A stretch of DNA of 32,000 nucleotides, taken from contig NC_015913.1 of the NCBI RefSeq assembly GCF_000270205.1, forward strand, positions 1,560,001-1,592,000, given 5' to 3'. A program made the translations under genes and the position numbers. This document shows positions 1-9,510 of this stretch, one piece after another. Each line of letters starts with the position of its first letter. Within the stretch, counting starts at the first letter, position 1. This stretch comes from Candidatus Arthromitus sp. SFB-mouse-Japan. Its GTDB lineage: Bacteria; Bacillota; Clostridia; Clostridiales; Clostridiaceae. The notes under the pieces were generated by a model. That model saw nothing but the letters and a program-made list of their open reading frames with translations. It ran no database searches and was not told the DNA's origin.

Positions 1-183
1 TGGTTTCATACACATGATATTCTTACCTGAAATAATACCAGTACCATAATATGATGTATCATTTTCATTATCTAAACTAATATTAAGATCTTCACAAATT
101 CTATCAAGCATAATAAATCCAACATTATGTCGAGTATTATTATATCTACTTCCAATGTTACCAAGCCCAACAATTAAAAACAT
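1..183 (-). CDS. pth: Peptidyl-tRNA hydrolase, N-terminal 61 codons (gene continues past the left edge)
   Basis: Not in the ORF track because it is truncated. My reverse-strand translation from ATG 183..181 gives [33 protein letters not shown]..., which matches the Pth N-terminal signature (IVGLGNPG..Y..TRHNhGF). A purine-rich SD, AGGAGTTGGAG, lies at 188..198. Confidence 0.85.
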   Translation of the reverse strand, partial: MFLIVGLGNIGSRYNNTRHNVGFIMLDRICEDLNISLDNENDTSYYGTGIISGKNIMCMKP

Positions 184-231
184 TAAACTCCAACTCCTAA
201 ACATCAAAATAAGAGTGCAACAAATAATAAA

Positions 232-1068
232 CTAAGTTGCACTCTTTATAATATCCTGCACAATTTTTATAACATCTCCTGATGAAATATAAGTTGATTC
301 ACAATCAGATAATTTGAATTTTTCATTTAACGCACAACTACTCATACCAATTATTTCTCCATTTATATTACATATAGGTCCACCTGTATTTAAAATATTA
401 GTACAAAAATTGCTTTTTATAAACTTCACTTCTCTATCTAAATCATCTTTAAGTATATTTATACCACTAACTACTCCAGGATAAATAGAATACGAATTAA
501 CCTTTCCAAAAGAATTGCCTATAGAAATAACATTTAAACCATATGATACTTCTGATAAATCTTCTTTTAAATCTCCCTTGGTATAATCATTCCCATTTAT
601 TTTTAACAAACAAATATCACACTCTTTATCATAACCAATAACTTTCGCTTCCTTTATGAAATCAAGAGCAGTCGGAAATTTCACATAAATCCTATCAGCA
701 TTCTTAATACCACTAAAATTCGTCAATATGTATCCATCTTCAGAATAAATAATCCCTGTTAAATTATTTTGAAACAAATCTTCACTATCCCTTATATAAG
801 CATTTACACTAACTATGGATTTATTTATTTTATTCAAAACACTCACTATATTATAATCATACTCGTCTCCAAACCTATCATATCGTATACTATCATACAT
901 ATCTGAAAAAAATACATTATGCACAAAAACGCTTCCCATTATCCCAAACAAAAAAGAAATTATTGTATTTACTAAAATAACCCACAACATCTTATTTACA
1001 TTTATCATTCTTTTTTGCTTAAATACTATGTGGACCTTATCTCTACGCATATTTTCTCTATTAAACAC
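232..1068 (-). CDS. Membrane-anchored trypsin-like (S1C/HtrA-like) domain protein without a PDZ domain; the catalytic triad appears degenerate
   Basis: There is an N-terminal TM helix (MLWVILVNTIISFLFGIMGSVFV). The S1C core motifs are recognisable: GIIYSEDGYILTNFSG, DICLLKI and NILNTGGPICNINGEIIGM. The start is GTG at 1068, preceded by GGTAGGGG. An alternative ATG start lies at 1050. Confidence 0.7.
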   Translation of the reverse strand: MFNRENMRRDKVHIVFKQKRMINVNKMLWVILVNTIISFLFGIMGSVFVHNVFFSDMYDSIRYDRFGDEYDYNIVSVLNKINKSIVSVNAYIRDSEDLFQNNLTGIIYSEDGYILTNFSGIKNADRIYVKFPTALDFIKEAKVIGYDKECDICLLKINGNDYTKGDLKEDLSEVSYGLNVISIGNSFGKVNSYSIYPGVVSGINILKDDLDREVKFIKSNFCTNILNTGGPICNINGEIIGMSSCALNEKFKLSDCESTYISSGDVIKIVQDIIKSAT

Positions 1069-1111
1069 AATAACCCCTACCTAAAATAAAAATTTATAGA
1101 ACTTATTAATA

Positions 1112-2515
1112 TCAACTAGATAATTGCAATGTGAAAATAAAACTAACTCCTTGTTCCTTAGTCCTATTTTCAACCCATATATCTTCTCTAAACTGAGATA
1201 TTATATTCCTAACTATAGATAACCCAAGGCCAGTACTCCCTCTTCTAGTCCTAGACTTATCATTTTTATAAAATCTTACCCAGATATTATTAAATTCATC
1301 CTCACTTAAAAGTTTAGCTGTATTAAAGATATTAACTACAGCTTTATTATTCTTTATTTTTGTAGAAATATTTATTCGTTTCTTATTATCACAATACTTA
1401 ATAGCGTTAGCAATTAAATTATTTAAAACCTGTACAAGTCTATCCTCATCAGCAACAACGTTTATAGAATTTTGTTCAAAAAATACTTCCATAACTATAT
1501 CATTTTGCTCTATCTCCTGCTCAAAATTTTTAACTGTATACTTTATGAGAGAATTTAACTCTATTACTCTTGGTCTTAATGTAAATTTACCAGATTCTAT
1601 AGCAGTTAAATCTAATAAATCATTTACAAGTCTAGATAATCTTTTTACCTCATCATATACGATAGTTAACTTTTCAATATGATCCTTAGGTGATATTATG
1701 CCATCTAAAATACCACTCAAAAATCCTATAATCGTTGTAAGAGGTGTTCTCAATTCATGAGATACATTGGATAAAAACTCCCTCCTATTCGAATCAATTT
1801 TATCTAATGACTCTGCCATGTAATTAAATGAATTTGATAATTCGCCAATCTCATCCTTAGAATTTATATATACTCGCTTACACACATCACCTGAAGCAAA
1901 TCTTTTAGCTGTATTATTTATAATTTCTATAGGTTTAACTAATATCTTCCTTAACAATAAATAGTAAATAACACCAATAATAATCATGAGAAAAATATAT
2001 AAAATAATCATAAATACCTTAATATTCAATAATTTTAAAGATATATAGCCATCATCTAATATTAAAGTAATAGAACCTTTGTAAATATTTGAATTATACA
2101 AAGGTTTAGTAAGTTTATACACTTTCTTTTGAAGATCAGAATCATATACACTAATTTTTGTTATTACATCTTTCTCAATATTTATTTGCTTACCTAACAG
2201 ATTCTTATGTACTGAATTAGATACTAAATAAACATACCCAATAGCATCTGATAAAATCAGATCAACCCCTGAATATTTATTAAATTTCTCAACATATTCC
2301 CATAAATATTTACTATTTTCAATTGTTGAATTATTTATATATTCAAGAGCTAAATCTGATATTACATCTGACTGAATTTCTAGATCATCCATACATAGAT
2401 CAACTAGTGTTAATTCATAAAATGAATAAATTAAAAAGGAAAATAACATAAAAACAATAGTTGTTACCGATAAAAAATAAAATAATATTTTATTAATAAT
2501 ACTATGTTTTGACAC
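1112..2515 (-). CDS. Sensor histidine kinase (2 TM helices, extracytoplasmic loop, HAMP, HisKA, HATPase_c)
   Basis: Motifs present: H-box SHELRTPLT, N-box LNNLIANAIKY, F-box RFY and G2 GSTGLGLSIV, plus a HAMP-like segment after TM2. The GTG start at 2515 shares one nucleotide with the TAG stop of the upstream response regulator (TAGTG). A GAGGTG SD sits inside the end of the RR gene, indicating translational coupling. Confidence 0.9.
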   Translation of the reverse strand: MSKHSIINKILFYFLSVTTIVFMLFSFLIYSFYELTLVDLCMDDLEIQSDVISDLALEYINNSTIENSKYLWEYVEKFNKYSGVDLILSDAIGYVYLVSNSVHKNLLGKQINIEKDVITKISVYDSDLQKKVYKLTKPLYNSNIYKGSITLILDDGYISLKLLNIKVFMIILYIFLMIIIGVIYYLLLRKILVKPIEIINNTAKRFASGDVCKRVYINSKDEIGELSNSFNYMAESLDKIDSNRREFLSNVSHELRTPLTTIIGFLSGILDGIISPKDHIEKLTIVYDEVKRLSRLVNDLLDLTAIESGKFTLRPRVIELNSLIKYTVKNFEQEIEQNDIVMEVFFEQNSINVVADEDRLVQVLNNLIANAIKYCDNKKRINISTKIKNNKAVVNIFNTAKLLSEDEFNNIWVRFYKNDKSRTRRGSTGLGLSIVRNIISQFREDIWVENRTKEQGVSFIFTLQLSS

Positions 2516-3201
2516 TACTTCACCTCAAATTTATATCCTACACCCCAAACTGTTTCTATTTGCCAATTCATTCCACCATTTAACTTCTCTCTCAGTCTTT
2601 TTATATGTACATCAACCGTTCTAGAATCCCCTGGATAATCATATCCCCAAACCTCACAAAGCAAATTTTCTCTAGTAAAAACCTTATTTCTATTTGATGC
2701 TAAATAATGCAATAATTCAAACTCTTTAGGTGGCATTTTTATATCATTACCTTTAAAAATAACTGTATAAGAGTTTATATCTATGATCAAATCTGTAAAT
2801 AAAAGGCTCTCCCTTATATAGTTATCGGTATTAAATCTTCTCATTACAGCCTTTATTCTAGCCAACAATTCTTTAGGCTCAAATGGTTTAACCATATAGT
2901 CATCAGCACCAAGTTCTAAAGCCAAACATTTATCAAACAATTCACCTTTAGCTGTAAGCATTATTATTGGAACACTTGAATCCCTTCTAATCCATTTTAA
3001 AACCTCAGTACCATCTAAAACAGGCATCATAATATCAAGTATTACCAAATTAGGTTTATAATCTGGAAAAATTTCTTGGACTTCTCTACCATCACTACAA
3101 GACCTTATATCATAACCAGAGTTACCTAGATACATTTTTAAAACTTCTAATATGTTAACATCATCATCTACTATTAGAACCTTAACTGCATTTCCGTCCA
3201 T
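2515..3201 (-). CDS. OmpR/PhoB-family response regulator (WalR/YycF-like)
   Basis: The receiver domain has the acidic pocket LIVDDD, the phospho-acceptor LVILDIMMP, MLTAKG and VKPF. The C-terminal winged helix shows RTVDVHIKRLREKL...GVGYKF. An AAGGGAG SD precedes the ATG at 3201. Confidence 0.92.
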   Translation of the reverse strand: MDGNAVKVLIVDDDVNILEVLKMYLGNSGYDIRSCSDGREVQEIFPDYKPNLVILDIMMPVLDGTEVLKWIRRDSSVPIIMLTAKGELFDKCLALELGADDYMVKPFEPKELLARIKAVMRRFNTDNYIRESLLFTDLIIDINSYTVIFKGNDIKMPPKEFELLHYLASNRNKVFTRENLLCEVWGYDYPGDSRTVDVHIKRLREKLNGGMNWQIETVWGVGYKFEVK

Positions 3202-3379
3202 CTTAACACTCCCTTATTTTGTGAACATTTTTATTATTTATATATAAATTCTAAATTATAAAAAACTCTCCTAACTATAATTACATTTATTGGTTAAATT
3301 TAATATTTTTAACATAAAAATACAACTAATTTCCCTTATAGTTTCCCATTATTTCGAAAAAATATACTAAAATATAGAG

Positions 3380-4357
3380 TTAAAATTTACCAAACAAAGG
3401 ACTTAAACTCCTGCAATCATGTATTCTTCTTATAGCTTCTGCAAATATCGGTGCAACTGATAACATCTTAAATTTACTATTTTGTTCACACAATGAATAC
3501 TGTGAAATAGTATTTAAAAATACTAATTCTTTTATTTCTGAATTATTTATTTTTTCTACCGCATCACCAGAAAATACCCCATGAGTACAACAAGCATACA
3601 CTTCTTTTGTTCCAAGTTCCATAAGTTTATTTGCAGCATTAACAATAGTACCAGCAGTATCTATCATATCATCAACCAATATAGCTATCTTATCTTTAAC
3701 TTTCCCAATTACAGATAATACTTCTGAAACATTTTGGATAGGTCTTCTTTTATCTATAATAGCCATAGGTACATCTCCACTTAATTTCTCAGCAAATCCA
3801 CGTGCTCTTTTAACACTTCCTACATCAGGAGAAACTATAACCAAATCACCATTAAATTCTTTTTTATCATAATACTTTGTAAGTACAGGTAATCCTAATA
3901 AATGGTCAACTGGTATGTTAAAATATCCTTGTATTTGAGGAGCATGTAAGTCCATAGTAAGAACCCGATTAGCTCCAGCTACAGTTATGATATCTGCTAC
4001 TAATTTAGCTGTTATTGGATCTCTTGATTTAGCCTTTCTATCTTGACGAGCATATCCATAATAAGATATAACTGCAGTAATCCTCCCTGCAGATGCCCTC
4101 TTTAATGCATCTATTATTATCAAAAGTTCCATTAAGCTATCGTTTACTGTTAGTTTATCTGTTGCACAAATAGATTGAACAACAAATACATCCTCTCCTC
4201 TAATTGTTTCACTTATATCTACATTTATTTCTCCATCACTAAAATTCATAACTTTAGATTTTACAAGAGATGTATTTAAGCACGTTGCTATATTTTTAGA
4301 TAATTCAAGATTAGAATTACCAGCAATTATTTTTATATTGTTGATCTGTTCTATCAT
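3380..4357 (-). CDS. prs: Ribose-phosphate pyrophosphokinase
   Basis: The full-length translation carries PRPP synthetase signatures: ARQDRK, HAPQIQGYF, VSPDVGSVKRAR and the PRPP loop LVDDMIDTAGT. A GGAGGA SD lies upstream. Confidence 0.95.
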   Translation of the reverse strand: MIEQINNIKIIAGNSNLELSKNIATCLNTSLVKSKVMNFSDGEINVDISETIRGEDVFVVQSICATDKLTVNDSLMELLIIIDALKRASAGRITAVISYYGYARQDRKAKSRDPITAKLVADIITVAGANRVLTMDLHAPQIQGYFNIPVDHLLGLPVLTKYYDKKEFNGDLVIVSPDVGSVKRARGFAEKLSGDVPMAIIDKRRPIQNVSEVLSVIGKVKDKIAILVDDMIDTAGTIVNAANKLMELGTKEVYACCTHGVFSGDAVEKINNSEIKELVFLNTISQYSLCEQNSKFKMLSVAPIFAEAIRRIHDCRSLSPLFGKF

Positions 4358-4374
4358 TTAAAAGTTTCCTCCAA

Positions 4375-5736
4375 TTACTTAAATTTATTTGTCACCCAAT
4401 TCTCCTTATTAACTTGTTTACACCTACCAATAGCTAAACTATTTGATTTAACTTTCTCTGTGATAGTAGTCCCTGCTGCTACATAAGAATTTTCCTCTAC
4501 AACAACAGGTGCAATCAGATTTGAATTACAACCAATAAAGCAATCATTACCTATAATAGTTTTATTTTTATTCTTACCATTATAATTAACCGTTATTGTA
4601 GAACAACCCAAATTACATCTCTCTCCAACTTCTGAATCTCCAATATAAGATAAATGTGGAATTTTTGTTCTATTACCAATTACAGAATTTTTAATTTCTA
4701 CAAAATCCCCTAGTTTAACATTATCACCTATTAATGATCCCGGCCTTACATAAGCAAATGGGCCTATATTAGTGCCATTACCCACCTTAGAATCACAAAT
4801 TATAGAAGCATCTATTATACAATCTTTTCCAATAAAACTATTAGATATCCTAGTATTGGGATATATTTCACTACCTTCTTTTACTAAAGTATTCCCTTTT
4901 AAATACACATTTGCATGTATAATTACATCACTCTCTATCCTAACATCAGAATCTATATAAGTAGAATCACTATCTATGATTGTGACTCCATTTTCCATAT
5001 GTTTATCATTTATCTGTGATCTTAAAATACTATTAGCTAACCACAACTGTCTTCTAGTATCCACTCCAACTAATTCATTTTCATCAACCTTAACACTTCC
5101 TATTTTTTTACCACTCTTGCTAAATATCTCAATTATATCAGTCAAATAAAATTCGCCCTGATTATTAATTTTACCAATATTTCTTATGTCATTTCTTAAA
5201 TCATCTATTTTAAAGCAATATATACTAGAATTAATTTCATTTATCATAAGTTCTGACTCGGAACAATCTTTAGCCTCTTTAATACGCTCAATTCCATTTT
5301 TCCCTCTGATTACTCTTCCATATTTTAAAGGATTTCTCAATTCAGATGTAATAATTGTGGATGAATTACCATCACTTATATGTCTTTCTATAAGCTTTTT
5401 AATATTCTCCTCTTTAATAAGTGGCATATCACAAGCAATAACCAAAACATCCCCAGATTTATTACCCCAAAATTTTTCAGCACACAATACGGCATCAGCA
5501 GTTCCTAATTGTTTCTCTTGAATAGAATACGACACATTTCTATTACCTATTGAATCAACTAAACTTTCTTTATGTTCCCCTATAATCACATTAATATCTT
5601 TAATTCCACATAATTCTAATTTATCTATTATTATGTTTATCATTTCCTTACCACAAATTTTATGAGTAGCCTTATGACGCGTAGACTTCATTCTACTTCC
5701 CCTACCCGCCGCTAGAATTATAGCACAAACATTCAT
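4375..5736 (-). CDS. glmU: Bifunctional UDP-N-acetylglucosamine pyrophosphorylase / glucosamine-1-phosphate N-acetyltransferase
   Basis: The N-terminus has AIILAAGRGSRM, and the C-terminal half has left-handed beta-helix hexapeptide repeats. I place the start at ATG 5736 (MNVCAIILAAG) with a GAGGTG SD. The 20-codon extension in the ORF track overlaps the predicted promoter. Confidence 0.92.
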   Translation of the reverse strand: MNVCAIILAAGRGSRMKSTRHKATHKICGKEMINIIIDKLELCGIKDINVIIGEHKESLVDSIGNRNVSYSIQEKQLGTADAVLCAEKFWGNKSGDVLVIACDMPLIKEENIKKLIERHISDGNSSTIITSELRNPLKYGRVIRGKNGIERIKEAKDCSESELMINEINSSIYCFKIDDLRNDIRNIGKINNQGEFYLTDIIEIFSKSGKKIGSVKVDENELVGVDTRRQLWLANSILRSQINDKHMENGVTIIDSDSTYIDSDVRIESDVIIHANVYLKGNTLVKEGSEIYPNTRISNSFIGKDCIIDASIICDSKVGNGTNIGPFAYVRPGSLIGDNVKLGDFVEIKNSVIGNRTKIPHLSYIGDSEVGERCNLGCSTITVNYNGKNKNKTIIGNDCFIGCNSNLIAPVVVEENSYVAAGTTITEKVKSNSLAIGRCKQVNKENWVTNKFK

Positions 5737-5766
5737 AATAAACACCTCAAAGTTAATACTAATTCT

Positions 5767-5796
5767 ATTATAAATTAACATTGTTAATATTTGCAA
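5767..5796 (-). promoter_or_regulatory. Sigma-A type promoter for glmU-prs (TTGCAA-18 nt-TATAAT)
   Basis: On the minus strand, TTGCAA lies at 5796..5791 and TATAAT at 5772..5767, with an 18-nt spacer. The element sits about 30 nt upstream of the glmU SD. Confidence 0.55.
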
Positions 5797-5802
5797 TAAT
5801 AT

Positions 5803-5832
5803 AAAAAAAGATAGTTAACTTTAACTATCTTT
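5803..5832 (-). terminator. Rho-independent terminator after asnS
   Basis: An 8-11 bp stem (AAAGATAGTTA / TAACTATCTTT) with a 4-nt loop begins right after the asnS stop. It is followed on the minus strand by a run of up to 7 U (complement of A 5803..5809). Confidence 0.7.
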
Positions 5833-5833
5833 C

Positions 5834-7228
5834 TTAAAATTCTGCATTTTGGGGCGTTCTCGGAAATGGTATAACATCTCTTATATTATTCATTCCAGTC
5901 AAATACATAACAAGTCTTTCGAGACCAAGACCAAATCCTGAATGTACAGTTTCTCCATATTTCCTTAAATCTAAATACCACCAATAATCTTCTTCATTAA
6001 GACCAAATTCATTTATTCTATTCTTTAAAACCTCATACCTTTCTTCTCTTTGACTACCTCCAATTACTTCACCAATTCCAGGTACTAAACAATCAAAAGA
6101 AGCTACAGTCTTATTGTCATCATTTAATCTCATATAAAAAGCTTTTATATATTTAGGATAATTATATAAAAATATAGGCCTCTTAAAATATTCTTCTGTT
6201 AAGTATCTTTCGTGTTCTGACTGTAGATCGATTCCCCATTCAACTCTATACTCAAATTTCTTACCACTCTTTAATAATATATCTACAGCATCTGTATAAG
6301 TAATTCTATCAAATCTATCATTAACAAGCTTATTTAATTTATCTAGTAATCCTTTTTCCACAAAATTATTTAAGAATTCAATTTCATCTTTACAATCTCT
6401 TAATACAAATTCAATTACATATTTAAGCATGCTTTCAGCTAGGTCCATAGCACCAAAAAGGTCAACAAATGAAGCTTCAGGCTCAATCATCCAAAACTCA
6501 GAAGCATGACGTGATGTATTTGAATTCTCTGCTCTAAATGTCGGTCCAAAAGTATATACTTTCCCTAGGGCAAGAGCCATAATTTCAGCTTCTAGCTGCC
6601 CACTAACAGTTAAATTAGCCATCTTACCAAAAAAATCCTTAGAGTAATCCACTTCTCCATTATCTTCTCTAGGTATATTTTTAAAATCAAGTGTTGTTAC
6701 TTTAAACATTTCTCCAGCACCTTCACAATCACTTGCTGTAATTATCGGAGAATTGATATATTCATATCCATTTTCCCTAAAAAACAAGTGTATTGCATAG
6801 GATACAACACTCCTTATTCTAAATACAGATAAAAAAGTATATGTTCTCGGCCTCAAATGCCCTATACTTCTTAAATATTCAAAAGTATGTCTCTTTTTTT
6901 GAAGTGGATAATCTTGATTCGAATTTCCTTCTAAATATATAGATATAGCTTTTATTTCAAAAGGTTGTTTATTTTTCGGTGTTAATACAACAGTACCTTC
7001 TATCTTAATAGTTGATGAAATTACATATGAGCAAACTTCATCATAATTTTTTAGATAATTTTCCATGACAATCTGTACATTTTTAAAAGAACTCCCGTCA
7101 TTTATTTCTAAAAAAGCAATATTATTATTACTCCTTACACTCCTTAACCAACCATAAATTATTACATTTTTATTGCTATACTTTTCACAATTCTTATATA
7201 AATCATTAATATTTATTCTCAACTTCAA
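5834..7228 (-). CDS. asnS: Asparagine--tRNA ligase
   Basis: Class IIb motifs are present, including the AsnRS-typical [21 protein letters not shown] and a C-terminal GGSQREER...GFGLGLERL. The start is TTG at 7228. Its AAGGAGA SD overlaps the stop of the upstream gene. Confidence 0.93.
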   Translation of the reverse strand: MKLRININDLYKNCEKYSNKNVIIYGWLRSVRSNNNIAFLEINDGSSFKNVQIVMENYLKNYDEVCSYVISSTIKIEGTVVLTPKNKQPFEIKAISIYLEGNSNQDYPLQKKRHTFEYLRSIGHLRPRTYTFLSVFRIRSVVSYAIHLFFRENGYEYINSPIITASDCEGAGEMFKVTTLDFKNIPREDNGEVDYSKDFFGKMANLTVSGQLEAEIMALALGKVYTFGPTFRAENSNTSRHASEFWMIEPEASFVDLFGAMDLAESMLKYVIEFVLRDCKDEIEFLNNFVEKGLLDKLNKLVNDRFDRITYTDAVDILLKSGKKFEYRVEWGIDLQSEHERYLTEEYFKRPIFLYNYPKYIKAFYMRLNDDNKTVASFDCLVPGIGEVIGGSQREERYEVLKNRINEFGLNEEDYWWYLDLRKYGETVHSGFGLGLERLVMYLTGMNNIRDVIPFPRTPQNAEF

Positions 7229-7238
7229 TCATCTCCTT

Positions 7239-7904
7239 TTAATATGTATCTATATCATATGAATTTATAAGTATTTCTGGAAAATTCATCATCTTCATAT
7301 CTTTATTAATTTTAGAAAATAAATGTTTACACTTCAATATCTTATAGTTATACACATTATTTGAAATATCCAAAACCCCACAAGAAACACCACCTATACT
7401 TGACACTGGTTTACCACAGCTTCCTGGTATTATAATACATTTTCCTTTACCAACTTTAATTTTATTTGGCGTATGTTCATAACCACAAACTAAAATATCT
7501 TCCTGAATATCTTGATCACTCTTATAAGGATTTTTATGTACAAACTTTATATCAAAATTTCCAAAATTCATAATTAATTCAGAAGGTAAACTAGATAAAT
7601 AATATAAATTATTTTTTGTTAATTCCATAAACGTAAAATTTACGGAAAAACTATTTATAGTCCCCTCATTTATACAAGAAAAATCATTATTAATAACTGC
7701 AGAATCATATATACCCTTAATAGATACTATATGTTTCCTTTTAATAAAATTTACAACCTCATTAGGATGAGGTCCGTATCCAACAATATCTCCCAAACAC
7801 AAGATAAATTCCACGCATTCCTTTTCCAATAAATCATAAATCTCCATTAAAGAATATAAATTTGAATGAACATTACTTATGATACCTATTTTCAATAAAG
7901 TCAC
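7239..7904 (-). CDS. Metallophosphoesterase-fold protein (YfcE/MJ0936-like) with degenerate metal-binding motifs
   Basis: The family-typical CLGDIVGYGPHPNEV is present. Other motifs are altered: ISNVHSN (canonical DxH), KGIYDS (canonical GNHD) and CGYEHTP (canonical GHTH). The start is GTG at 7904. Confidence 0.7.
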   Translation of the reverse strand: MTLLKIGIISNVHSNLYSLMEIYDLLEKECVEFILCLGDIVGYGPHPNEVVNFIKRKHIVSIKGIYDSAVINNDFSCINEGTINSFSVNFTFMELTKNNLYYLSSLPSELIMNFGNFDIKFVHKNPYKSDQDIQEDILVCGYEHTPNKIKVGKGKCIIIPGSCGKPVSSIGGVSCGVLDISNNVYNYKILKCKHLFSKINKDMKMMNFPEILINSYDIDTY

Positions 7905-7947
7905 AACCCCTTAAATTAAAATAAAGAGGTTAAAAAACCTCTCAAAA

Positions 7948-9333
7948 CTACATATATATAAATTTATTACTTAATTCATAAATATTACCTGCACCAACCA
8001 CTAAAAAAACATCTCCTTCTTCTCCCTTACCTTCCATATACTTAATCGCATCATCAAAACTTTTAGAATAATAACATTTCTGTCCGGTTGAAGCTATTTT
8101 TTCCTTTAAATCTATAGCTGTAATACCCCATATGTTTTTTTCCCTTGCCGCATATATATCAAATAATATAAGTTCTTCAATTCCATTAAAACTTTTTAAG
8201 AATTCATCAAGCAAAAATAATGTTCTACTATAAGTATGAGGTTGAAAAAAACAATATATCTTACCCTTAGTTACAGACTTAGTCATATCTATAAGAGCCT
8301 TTATCTCAGTTGGATGATGGGCATAATCCTCAATAATTTTAATCCCATATCTCTGCCCTTTTATCTCAAATCTTCTTTTAGGTAAATAAAAATCTAAAAG
8401 TGCTTCTTTAGTCTTACATATATCAATATCAGATATTAATGAAAATGTAATACCTGATAGAGCATTGAGTAAATTATGATCACCTATTACATTTATCTTA
8501 AATCCTTCATAAATCATATTTTTATATAAAATATCAAAACATATACTATTTTCAGTTCTAGATATATTAATAGCACTTACATCTCCGCACCCTATCCCAT
8601 AAGATACTTTTTTGCAACTTGTATTATACAATACATCATATATAAGTCTATCAGAAGCACAATATATTAAGTATCCATCACTTGATATATTTTCTGCATA
8701 TTTACTAAATGCCATTTTTATGTCACTTAAATCTTTATAATAATCCAAATGATCCCTATCTATATTTAATATAACACCTATATCTGTCTTGAAATTTAAA
8801 AACGAATGTTTATATTCACAAGCCTCTATAAGCAAATACTCGCTTTTACCTGATCTACAATTCCCATTAATTAAATCCAGCTCTCCTCCTATTAATATGG
8901 TAGGATCCAATCCATTATATATCATAATATAACTAAAAATAGATGTAGTACTTGTTTTACCATGAGTTCCCGATATAGTAACACACTTACTATATTTCTG
9001 GGTTAATTCTCCTAAAAATTCCGCTCTATTAATTACAGGTATTTTTTTTCTAATAGCTTCTTTAATCTCATCATTTTCATAATTAACAGCTGAAGTACAC
9101 ACAACAAGCCCAACAGTATCCTTAATATTCTTAGAATTATGTCCTACACTTATCTTACAACCTCTATTTTCCAAATTAATTGTTAATTGATTTTTACAAA
9201 TATCACTTCCTGAAACCCTAAAACCTCTATCTAATAAAATTGATGCTATACCACTCATGCTAATTCCAGAAATTCCAACTAAGTGTATATATTTATTGTT
9301 TTTGATAATTCTATCTAAAAATATATCTCGCAA
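7948..9333 (-). CDS. murC: UDP-N-acetylmuramate--L-alanine ligase
   Basis: Motifs: HLVGISGISMSGIA near the N-terminus, P-loop GTHGKTSTTS, and DYAHHPTEI. The start is TTG at 9333, preceded by AAGGGGTG. Confidence 0.93.
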   Translation of the reverse strand: MRDIFLDRIIKNNKYIHLVGISGISMSGIASILLDRGFRVSGSDICKNQLTINLENRGCKISVGHNSKNIKDTVGLVVCTSAVNYENDEIKEAIRKKIPVINRAEFLGELTQKYSKCVTISGTHGKTSTTSIFSYIMIYNGLDPTILIGGELDLINGNCRSGKSEYLLIEACEYKHSFLNFKTDIGVILNIDRDHLDYYKDLSDIKMAFSKYAENISSDGYLIYCASDRLIYDVLYNTSCKKVSYGIGCGDVSAINISRTENSICFDILYKNMIYEGFKINVIGDHNLLNALSGITFSLISDIDICKTKEALLDFYLPKRRFEIKGQRYGIKIIEDYAHHPTEIKALIDMTKSVTKGKIYCFFQPHTYSRTLFLLDEFLKSFNGIEELILFDIYAAREKNIWGITAIDLKEKIASTGQKCYYSKSFDDAIKYMEGKGEEGDVFLVVGAGNIYELSNKFIYM

Positions 9334-9510
9334 AAAAACACCCCTTAATTATATAGGACTTTTTATAATTATATACATTTTTTACTAAAAAAAATACACA
9401 TTTATTAAATAATAATATATTTTTTTAAAACTTATTGTTATATTAATATATTTTTCTGTTTTTTACATAAACTACTTTCATAAATCGAAAAACTTATAGA
9501 GGTGAATTGA

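Noticed and set aside
4772-5521. Two plus-strand ORFs (4772..4960 and 5186..5521) antisense to glmU
   Set aside because: Both are shadow ORFs inside glmU. Neither has an RBS or a recognisable motif.
5737-5796. N-terminal 20-codon extension of glmU given in the ORF track (MQILTMLIYNRISINFEVFI)
   Set aside because: The extension overlaps the predicted TTGCAA/TATAAT promoter and has no SD. The internal ATG at 5736 has a GAGGTG SD and starts exactly at the conserved AIILAAG motif. The same logic was applied to tatD (17044..17097 removed) and to the ECF S component (27528..27581 removed).
7229-7238. Possible T-box leader or other riboswitch upstream of asnS
   Set aside because: Only 10 nt separate asnS from the upstream gene's stop, so there is no room for a leader. 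asnS appears to be co-transcribed with murC and the phosphoesterase-like gene.
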